34,262 nt of DNA from Octopus sinensis. Its lineage: Eukaryota. Made by a program: the position numbers and the translations under genes. This document shows positions 13,201 to 25,153 of the stretch, piece after piece. The stretch's first letter is position 1, and every line of letters starts with the position of its first letter. Where the stretch lies: assembly GCF_006345805.1 (NCBI RefSeq), contig NW_021831956.1, positions 1-34,262 of the forward strand. The letters are read 5' to 3'. The notes under the pieces were generated by a model. It was not told the DNA's origin, did not search any database, and worked only from the letters and a program-made list of their open reading frames with translations.

Positions 13201-16200
13201 TTTGAACAGGATTACCATGTAATAGTTTAATATTTACAGTCTTCCAAAATGTCTTTTATCTCTTGAGACATTCTACATAATCTAACAACTGTGTCATTAT
13301 TTCATTTAATTATCACTTGATAACACCATTCTTTTATTAGGTTTGTCTTTCCTGTCTCATATCTGCACTAAACATATGACGTGAAATTGTGCCCTCACTT
13401 CTGCCCTTCTCTAACCAACATTATTCTCATCTTTGCTTAATTCCGATGGCAACCAGTTTGGTCATCAATGATCTTACCATAAACACATGGCAGACACTTC
13501 ACGTAGAATAAACCTGCTCACTTGATCTCCTTGTTAAACATTTTCATTCGTGTATCCAACATATTTTCAGGATTTTAACTTCGAAATATTTTAATCAGAT
13601 GCTGCCTGCTCCTCACCTAAAAGAGTGAAATTGTTATCGGCTGATATTCTTTTCATTAGAAGATCAGATCTTGAAGAAACAATGAAGCAGTGATGGGATC
13701 GTGTGCCAATTAATTTCACTGTTCTACTGTTTTCGTTTCGGACGTAAAAGAACATTATTCCTGGAATGCTTGCACATACTCAGCAATACACCTTGGAATC
13801 CGTGAGAAAATGTCTTTCTGTGGCTACTTGTTGACTTTTTTGCACATGACATGGAGAAAAATGCCACTCTGCTGCAAGTCCTTGATCATTCTGATGATGA
13901 CAGAGATTTGTTTGGTGTCTCTAGTTCTTGTATTGGTCGTAGGCACCATCACTGAAGTACAGGAGATGGTTTATGAATGGAAGTTCTGTCTTTATATGCG
14001 ATATCACTCTCGAAATAAAAGCATGCACAATGGTGTTGTCATGTTTCAAACAATCAGATATGACACAGACTGGAGTGCATTGTGGGTTTGAACCAGTCTT
14101 ATAGTAGATCGCGAATGGATGAATATTTGCCTGGGATTTGTTCCGATGAAACCCTTGCAGGGCGTCCTGTACTACAAAGCTATAATTTTCTGTAAAGTCC
14201 AACAATACTATTGCTTCACTTGATGTCAGGTCATCTTTTTGATGATTAAGGAAATAAGATCGGGCCTCTGCTATGAAATGATGTTGTTGTGGAGATTCAA
14301 ACACACTTTCAGCGGTTTGAATGAAGGCATTCACTGGGGAAGTGAGTCATAAAGGAGCTGACCAGTCCACATGTGCCAACTGTTTGTGCGTTAATAAACC
14401 TCCAAGTGAATAAAATACGTCTAATAAACGTTGTTCAAAAGGACAGGACTCACATAGGAGCAACATACAATCTCGATTGCTCACGGAAGAGACCATTTTG
14501 CCAAGCAAGTCTCTGTAGTCGTGACTACCAGGAATGGCAGCGGCGATACGTTTTGCATGTTGGTGATTCTCACAGACACATACTGAATGCGTGCCTGAGG
14601 TAGTAACTGGATCACACAGCATTTTGGTTGCAAGTCACAAAGAAGCGAATATTCCTCCGACTCATACAATTGTATTATCCGTTCATTTCAGTTGCAATTC
14701 ATAAAACTTTCAAAACTCTACCTTATTATATTCAGCGTTTTCCTTGTATTCCACACAAAACTTCTGAAGATTCACAAGCAATGGCTATTTTAGTCGGTGG
14801 ACTTGTAATCCGTTCTCAATTACAGTAACAATTTCCTTTTTAGCTGGACAAACACGTGAATATTCCTCCGATTCTGACGTCCCGGGACGTACCTTTCCTT
14901 GGGTCAGGATGAACCAAAATAGCCTCTTCTTTGCTCAGTTGCTGTGATTTCCGCACCATATGATCACTTAAATCAAAGGTTCCAGTAAATTATTTCCGTG
15001 ACCAAATTACTGGCACAAAGGTTAATAATGCGCATTGGTGCCTCTTCGAAATTTATATTTAATGTCGCCAAAATACGGAGTAAAATAGAATGCAAAATGC
15101 TTACCATACATTTCTGTATTGATGGATGTAAATATTTTGGATTTAGAGGACTATTGCGCATACACACCAAGAGTGTGCGGGTGAATTCACTTGGGGGCTT
15201 TCTCAATCTAAGCGTATCTCCCAAGATCCCGGTGTCCTGTTATTGCCATTGTGAGGCCAATGTTTGAAGGTCATACTTCATCACCTCATCCCATGTCTTC
15301 CTGGGTCTACCTCTTCTACAGGTTCCTTCTACCGTGAGGGAGTGGCACTTCATCACACAGCTGTCTTCATTCATACGTAACACATGACCATACCAGCACA
15401 GTCGCCTCACACGTACACCACATTTGATGCTTCTTATGCCCAACTTTGTCGTGATTGCACACTGACATTACACATCCAGCGGATCATACTAACTTCATTT
15501 CTTTCAAGCCTACGCATGTTCTCAGCATCCATGGCCCATGTTTCCCTGCCCTGTAACATGGCTGTTCGCACACATGCATCATGCAGTCTACCTTTCACCC
15601 TGAGTGATAGACCTTTAGTTGCCAGCAGAGGTAGGAGCTCCCTGAACTTTGCCCAGGCTATTCTTACTCTAGTCTCTACACACGCAGAGCAATCACACTC
15701 ACTACAGACTTGAACCCCTAGGTAGCAGAAGCTATTAACTACTTCTAGTTTCTTCCCCTGGCATGTGATGGAATCTGTTTTCTGTACACTTTCAGTGTTT
15801 ATTGCCCCAGAGCAGCTGCCACACACAAAAACTATTTTCCCGGTTAACTTTCTTTGATATTGCGGCACCTTTTATGTGTCCATAGCTTCCTCCGGGTACA
15901 TCGTGTGGAGTTTCTACCCTCTCCATTTTTACAGATAGAGCAGGGCCATCTACCTGAAATGGGTTGTGATTTGACAGCCTTCCTACTAACAAGGACTTTG
16001 GTTTTGACTAGGGTTTTGACTAAGGCCCTTCAATTCTAGACTTTGCTCCCACACCCTTAACTTTGTCTCTAGTTCTGGCAGTGACTTGTCTGTAAGAGCA
16101 AGGTCATCAGCATAAAGAGGCTCCCAGGGGCAGAGTGCCTTGAATTCCTCTTTTATTGTCTGGAGGACTATAATGAATAGGAAAGGGCTGAGGACGGATC

Positions 16201-19200
16201 CTGGGTGAACCCTGATGTGTATTTGTAAAATGGAATGTTTCACAGAGTATAGAGGATGTATGAAAACTGTTAAGAAATGAAGTGAGCATACTTCAGAAGA
16301 AGTGTAATATTAATGTGCTGAAGTCCCGGAGCAGAGATGAGCTGGAAGCAAAACTAGGGTTTAGAAGATTCAGAGATAGCGCACAAGAGACGAGATGGCA
16401 TAGAAATGGGAGGAGTATGGAGGATTTAAAAAATCAGGATAAAGAAGTGCCAGAAGATCCAAATTGAAGGAAATAAGAAGTTGAACCTGACAAAGGATAA
16501 CAACAGCTGTGGGAGTAGTCTAATTTGAATGCAACAATCAAGTCAGAACTAAAACCACAGGCGAAACACTCAGAAAATTGTGCCTCTTTTAGTTTTAATA
16601 TCATCTAAAATCTAACAAGTGTGAGAAAAACAATTACTTTATGGATGGTAAATGTTGTTCAAACAATGTAATAAGTGTATATTATATATAGTTACAAACA
16701 AGGATTTGTGAGATCAAGTCACACAGGGAACTCATATTTAATTCCTATCTTTATATTTTATGTCAACACCAATATTTTGTTTAAATGTGAATATATGTTC
16801 ACCGTTCAATACTAAATTTAATATTTAATCAACGTTAATGATCATTATACGTATAATCTTAGAGATTTGATTTTTAATTCTTTTAATTTATAACAATGTT
16901 ATTCTGTGGTTTGTTGCCAGTTCCGCCTGCCTGGTTCCCTGTCCCGGGGGAAAGTAAAAAGCACCCACCACACTCTCGGAGTGGTTGGCGTTAGGAATGG
17001 CATACATATGTGGAAACCTTGCCAGATCACATTGGAGCCTGACGCAGCCTACTGCCTTGCCAGTGAAATCGTCCGACCCATGCTACTATAAAAACGGACG
17101 TTAAACGATGATGATGATGATGATGATGATAATGATGATGATGATGATGATGAGTTCCGTGACCAAATGACAAAATTAACTCTATTGTGTCTTCTAATTT
17201 GAACATTATTACCAACAGCATTAACCTCAATGGGTATTTCATAAACTCATAGTAAATCGATATCTTTAATTCAATTATTATACAGATAATCGTTCAATTG
17301 GAAAATAGGAATGGAAGCTGTTTTCAGTTATTCTTTCAAGCACAATATAGTCGGGGGAAGTAAACCTTACAGAAATCAATTGGGAACTATTATTTTATAC
17401 TCACCAGTTTCCTGAGATGCAACCTCTAATTCCTGACATGTAGCCTCTGTTTGTACACACCTGTCTTCAAACTTTCGAGCCTCTGAAATAAATATTTCCA
17501 AGTTTTACATTTAATAATAAAATATCTGTTTCTTTATTTTATTAAACTATATTGTTATTGCGAGTCATTCAATTCCTGTCGTTACTGGTCAAATGTTGAC
17601 CATTATGGTTTTGGTCAATATTTCTGTGCTTTCTACAGTGGCCCCATGTAATAGCCCAATATGTCCACAATAAAACAGACTAACATTTCTAAATCCCCCC
17701 TCTCTCTCTCTAAAAACACATTAAATATTCTAACAATGTTGCAATTATCTCATTTAATTAACACTTGATGACAGTTTTCTCTTAGCATTGTCTTTCTTTT
17801 CTTATAACTGTGCCAAATCTATGGCATGGCACAGTCCTCTCATCTCTAGAATTCACTAATCAACATTCCTCTCTAATTAAGTAAATCTGAGGCCATTAAG
17901 ACATGTTCTTTATGTGCATACCCTCCACCCCGCACACAATCTGTCCCCTAAAAAACATCTCCACAAGCCAAATTCCATACACCCTTCTCCAACATGATCC
18001 CTAACAAGATATAAAATGTAAGGTGAGGGTACACGATGTCCATACGACAAAATAAGTTTACATTTCAGACATACAAATGTAAGAGAGTTAATGAATTATA
18101 GCTTATTAATTATCATGATAATTGGGTATATATGTAATACAATGGCACTGTGCTTGACGGTGCAATACTAGATATCAATATAGATTGTATATAATCTGAG
18201 TAAAGAACATATAACCTTCATTACTATGAATATGATTGTGTCTCAGCACAGCTAATATTATGGTAGTTCCATGAGCAAACGAAGAAAGATATAACCAAGT
18301 CCACTGCCAAATACTAATGATTAATTCACTTCTTGGTCAAATAACAATGACTATCTTTCATTAAATAATTTGAACGCAACAATCAAGACCAAAGGGTGAA
18401 ACACTCAGAAAACTGTGCCTCTTTTAGCATTAATATCATCTAAAATCTAACAAGTGTGAGAAAAAGAATGACTATATGGATGGTAAATGTTGTTCAAACA
18501 ATGTAATAAGTGTATATTATATATAGTTACAAACAGAGATTTGTGTATTCAAGTCATATTCAATTTCTGTTTCTATATTTTGTATAAGCACCAATATTTT
18601 ATTTAAATATAAACAGATGTTCACGGTTCAATATTTAATTTAACATTTAATAAAATTAAAATTAAGTTCATGATGAATATTTTTATACAGAGTTAATATT
18701 TAATTATAATTTTCTAATTTGCAACTACAAAATGTATTCTAACCAGAGACATTCAGGGTACACAACCCCAGAAAATACAACATATTACGACAGACATCTG
18801 GCTACATAACAACATCAAGAATAACCTATCAGAAAACTTACGAAAAATCTTAGTAGAAAAACAACCAATTATCTTATTAACTCACGAGTTTACACCTAAA
18901 AAAATACATTATAGTTCCCTCTTCCAGAAGACAATATTAACTCTATTGTGGCATTTAATTTATCCATTTGACCAAACATGTTAACCATGACTTTATGAAA
19001 TTTCAGTAATATTTTTAATACAATTACTTTAGAGCTAACCTTTCAAATGGAAATTAGAAATGGGATTTGTTCTCCACCATTCTAATACGCAAAATAGCTG
19101 AGGTGAATGTAAAATCTATAGAAATTAATTAAGATCTCTAATTTTAAACTCATCAACTGTCTCTGCCACAGTCTGCACTCCCTTCTCATCAAACTTTGGA

Positions 19201-21220
19201 CTCTCTGAAATATGTGTTTGCAAGTTTTATATTTATTTATAGCACAATTTCTTCATATTTATTAATAATCTATATTTTATTATTGAGAGACATTCATATC
19301 ATCATTATGATCACCAGCGATCATAATGCTTTTGGTCAATATTTTTATACTTTCAACAGTGGACCCATGTAATAGCCAATATTTAGCTCCAAAACGAACT
19401 CTTGTTGACATTTGCAAATTTCCTCTCTCTGTTAAGATATCCTACATAATCTAACAATGCTATAATTATATCACTTAATTATCACCTAATAACAGTTTAT
19501 CTGTAGGATTTGGTTTCCTTGCTTATATCTATGCCAAATCTATTGCATTTTCAAAACCCTGATCTTCACTAACAACCTGTTTGATTCCAGTGTCAACAAA
19601 TTTAGTCATCAAAGATATAACAACAAACACATGTCACAACCACTTCAAGAAGGAGAAACATACACCTAATCTCTTTGTTAAACATTGTTGCTGATAATCT
19701 TTAATTTTAACTTCACAGTCCAACAGAATGCCATCTTATTCAGGATATATTTGAAGGTTTCATGATCTGGTTGGAACGTGACACTCAAGTCAGAACCAAA
19801 ACCAAACTTTGAGCGATGAACAAGAATGTGTCTCTGTTAGCCTTGGTATCACCCAAAGACCAACACAGCAACATGGAGTTGTGTGTTGAAGTCTCAAACA
19901 CTGGTGACACATACTTTTACTCCTTTATAATATTCTACTAATTTTAATACTTTACCAAAGATGACACTGATGTCCTTGTAAGTACTGTTGTATTTACTTA
20001 TCTTCTAATAACTCATAATTAATCATAGAGTTGATGGAGATTTATTGATACTTCAGTTACTCATTAATTATTTGCAGAATCCTCCATTATCTTTATGTTG
20101 CAGACTACAACCCTCTTGAAGTGTGACATGTTTCCTACTTGGATAAGGTCAATGTTTAGTGGATGTAGTGTGAGAGATATACTATTACAGAGAACAGACA
20201 CTAGGAACACCTTTTATCATAAATCTGCCAGATTATGTCAGACCTCTGTCTACATAACAACATGAAGTATATCATTCTATACAATAAGGGCAATGGGACA
20301 AGCAGGACAAACAGACAGATCAGCAAAGGAAATTCTTACCAACTCGACCTCTGCTTGTTACAGGTTTCAAACACCTCAGGCATCGTTTAAGTGGAACTTT
20401 TGAACATTCTTCACATGTCAGAAGGTGTTCACAGGGATGAACTTTTGTTGTGGCCTCTTTATTTCTGCACAACAAACATCTGTGGACAAAACAGAAACAT
20501 CCAATCAATAACATTCATTTATAACAAATATTATATTATTTACATGTTCGGAATAGAGAGTATTATAAGATACATCAGTAACTACCAAGAGTACAGCAGA
20601 AACTCTTCTTTAAACATTTACATACATTCAGCATTTTGTGTAGTTAAATGACGCAGAAACACACACACACTCATACAAGTATACACACTCATGCATACAT
20701 ACATTGATAAATGTTTGTCTTGACCCTGATACATCATAGAAATTGGTTGACACACAGTGAACTGCATATATTCCAGAAATATATTTCACTTCTAACGTCG
20801 AACTCATTTCTTCTGAACAAATATATCTACACAGGTTTCTTTATAGACACATACTTTATTATATGCACTTTATTATATACATCCCTCCCGTCTCCACAGA
20901 TTAACAGATGAGGTGTCCAGTACTGAGCAGTGGCAGGAATAGCCCGAAACCAGACCTAGTCTTCTGGTCCTGTTGCTATAAGATGGTAGGGGCTTGATCC
21001 CCTGCTCGCAATTAATCGGATGCCCCTCTGCATCGTTAACTATCTAGAGGAGGTGTTCTCTTGGGATTAAACATTCACAGTAGCGTCCATTCGAACAGAT
21101 ACTCATGTTGGCGTGCCTACAAATATTACTTATATATATTTTCGTGCAACCCGTGCTAGCACGGAAAACGGATGTTAAACGATATGATGATGATGATATG
21201 ATATATATATCATATATATA

Positions 21221-21284
<64 letters not shown>

Positions 21285-21768
21285 TGATAGGTTCGGCCAG
21301 TATTAGCGCAGGTCATGTTTAACGTAATCCCACTACCGGGCAAATCAGGATACGGACATGACCCACTCGAGGTGAGAGTTGCTGTTTACGGGGACATATC
21401 CTGGTGTTGGAGTTTTATCCGGGATTTCTTGAAGGATATTTCAAAATACTTCTTGAACTTTATGGCGGTCTTTTTCTGCTTTAATGTATTTTAGTGTAAT
21501 GCTAAATGGAGCGGGGCCACTTGAGGTGAAATAATTTTGCCGTATTGTTGTTATGTGATGCGAGTTTGATTTATGTTGTGGGTAGATAATACGGGGTCTA
21601 GGCCTTGGGTATATCTTAAAGCTGATGCCAACATCATTTGGGCAATGCTGATGAGATATTTTCCACCATGATTTTGGGATGCTTTATTATATGTATCGTG
21701 CATGTAGTTCTAGTTTTCTGTCCCTTATTTTGCCCCTTTCCAATAATATCAGCTGCGCTCTGTAGACA

Positions 21769-21825
<57 letters not shown>

Positions 21826-23761
21826 AACATTCACATAAACGATTATTTGTAAAAGCAAAGAAAATCTTCCGAAGCTTGTCAATTGAAGAAAACAGATCAA
21901 TATTTATACAGTCCAAAAATCAATATCTATAAACAATAACTGAATTTCAACAGACAAAGAAGTTTTGTATATTCACTGAGGGGGAAATGTGTCTGCTTCT
22001 TAAGTAGCTAATACAGAGAGATGTATGGCAAAGAAATTGCCAAATCTTATAAAATACGGGAGTCAAAGGCGACTAAAACACCTAGTAATGGTATATGTGT
22101 TACTTGAATTATTTACGTTTCCTGGCAGTTTTTTCTCTATGAAGATATGTGGCAATATTCCATCAGTATTTGCAGAAATATAATATATACACTGTTGGTG
22201 TGTGTTTGTAGGTTATTTTTCTACGAAATCATTCTTAATATTGACTGATTCGGGCATAGAAGAGTGAGAAAAAGATGTTGGTAGACAGATAAATTCCACT
22301 TAATCCTAAGTAACAGTTTCAAAATGGAATTCATTCACTTCATTATTTAGATCTATATTTTCCTATTGATCACAAATCTTTAAAATAGGGAACGAAGAGA
22401 GGTAGGTGTGGGTGGACAGTGAAGTATAACTGTTAACACTACGAATCATGTGAATGTAATCAAAATCGTGTTCTTTCTTTGATCTCCTGAGAACTGCATA
22501 TTGTTTATTGTGTGGCCTTTGTCAAAAACACTAGCGACAGTATAATGTATTGGTAGAATTAAAACGAAATAAACATATAAACATGGTTATATACAAAATA
22601 GAAAATGTACTGGTTTATCTTTTCCATTGCCAGGAAATACTTACTGTGGTGGTGAAAATGTTTCTAATTTTTTTCTCAAATTTGGGTCCTTAATGAGATC
22701 GAATGGTGTGTTATATTTGTTGTTTCTATGGTGAAAGTCAGCTCCCTGGCTGGCGAGATATTTAGCAGCAACTACACCAGAGAGCATTTCATCCTTTTTC
22801 AGGTTAAGGGCAGTGCAGCACTACAAATAATGAAATATAAAATGATGACAATATTACACAAATATTCAAAATAAATGCCCCTAATTACACAAAAGTTCAT
22901 CTAAATTTACTCATAGCTTGTTTATCCACTAATTAAAGCAATTACAAAGTATTGAGTTCCTACATATTCTTTGATTGAGTCCATTTCCTATTTTCATGTT
23001 TTTACTTTATTTTCAACACTGAGACACCCTCTAAATATATTGTCATTACATTGAGTAGGACAAACCGTATTGATTAACATCAAGCTTATTGATAATTAAT
23101 GAGTAAATATTTACTTGTAAATCACAAATATCACAATATATTCAATAGAAAAGTCAGAAATAGGAAGAACAAACCAAAAAGAACCTATCTATATAATTGG
23201 TTTGATAAAGGCGACTATGTAGCCATAAGAAAGAGTATTGTATATATAAATATAACACAACATGAGAAGAAAGAACATAAGTTATATCAGAAACAAAAAC
23301 ACTTATAACATAACACAGTCAATACCACACAAACATAACCAAACATATCAATAATGTTTCCATAATTAAGCAAGAAGCATTTTTGAATGATGACGGTAAA
23401 GTAAAGGAAGCAGGAATTAGTGTCAAGTCAGAAGAGTAATGGAGGAGTATTTTTAATCACGGACAAGTGAATTTTGGAAGAGGCGACTTGCAATTCTACC
23501 AGATAGATGGAAGAGCATTGTAGAAAATGAAGGAGAATATGTTTTAGATTAACAGAAAAAAGTACTTTGTTTATCTTAATTTTGAAAAATATAAGAATTA
23601 TAAAAAACTGCTTCATTTATGAGATGACAGCAAAAAGTCCAGTAGTATTAAAGTCCATACTGTTGATGACATCAGATAGCCGAATACAGTAAACGGGCTT
23701 TAAACAGCATTTTAGAAGATATATACTCAAACTCAAAATCATTACTTGTGTGTGTTTGTCT

Positions 23762-23815
<54 letters not shown>

Positions 23816-24372
23816 TGTGCCAAAGTACAGAACTTAAATACAGGAAATCTCACTAAGGACCATGCTTTATTGTATTCATTCTCTAGTGTCTTAACATTGA
23901 ACAATGTTATGACATGTCGACAAGCAGTCAGTGGATGTCGTGTACAAGAAGTAGGACAGAGAGCGGTTTCACTCAGAATTCTTCATAGAATGGACTAGAT
24001 GTATTTACCATGGCACCAGCACTATAAAGCTCAGACATCTCTTCTATCCTGCATCATTGTTAATTGAGAATAATATCTCCTCTATTAAATAGGCCACTTC
24101 TCCGTCACTATGTGATGGCTGTGTTTATATGGTCAACAACCGAGATGGGTCACCTCTCGACCGTGGTGAGATGACATCTTTGAGAGTGAAAGGAGATGGA
24201 ATATTGTTTGTTACATAATATCACTCGGGTCATAAGGGAAGACTGGATCAGGAATGGTAATGGAGGATGGGGTTGATAGGGGAGAATTGATACATGACAA
24301 GCTAAGCTTGTCTGTCTGTCTGTCTCTCTCTCACACTCACACAAAGACTCACAAATGCACAAATTCACACAG

Positions 24373-24414
<42 letters not shown>

Positions 24415-25114
24415 ATACAGACACATACAGACACACACACACACAGACACACACGCATGTATATACACAAACAATTTAAAAACTTACTTCGTTTAGTAAA
24501 TCCATGGGTGCATCCTCGGAATTAAACACTTCTGTTTCCATGGCTAGGTGCAAACAGCTGTTACCTTCACCATCAACAGCATTTATGTTTGCACCCAGGG
24601 CTATTAACAGGTGTGTCATTCCGAGGTGACCCCGGGAAACGGCTTCAAGCAATGGTGTCATTTTCTTTTTGTTCTTAATATCCAACTGAACAGAACCCTT
24701 TGTGGAAGTAAAAATAGAAAATGAAAATTTACATGAAAATCAGGATGGATATCAATGTCTTCTACTGTATACTTGATCAAACTTATCATGTACATTTGAT
24801 GTTTGTCCGTAAAATCAACCTTCGTAAGATCCTCTAGATGTTGCTATGAGAATGTGTTCTAGACAGGATAAAGATGTCCTAAATAGATTGTTTCAGCTTA
24901 ATCTACCTTTCTTCCTAACTATAGTAAGTTTTAGGGGAGCTGAACACGAGTGAACACATGATTAACAGATCAAGACTAGTAAAGAAGAATTAAAATTTCT
25001 AAAGTATACTTTTGATGTTGCTATAATTAATAAGAGGTTCATAAAACTGTTGAGGTGGTTAGTGTCCACCACCATGAAATTAATGCACACACACATACAC
25101 AGAGACACACACAA

Positions 25115-25153
<39 letters not shown>

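Larger units (their letters stand above)
6950..20280. repeat. Five diverged tandem exon-intron cassettes (about 2 kb each, some expanded by TE insertions)
   Basis: Each of the five exons has homologous flanks: acceptor aaacttggaaatatttatttcag and donor gtgagtataaaa. Shared intron blocks recur, e.g. tctgccagatta at about 7945/12637/20224, 8890-9560 vs 11030-11710, and 16527-16830 vs 18373-18660. Confidence 0.9.

Noticed and set aside
7840-20280. Regularly spaced conserved motifs as a CRISPR-like array
   Set aside because: The context is eukaryotic, the spacing is kilobases, and the repeats are splice-site flanks of duplicated exons.
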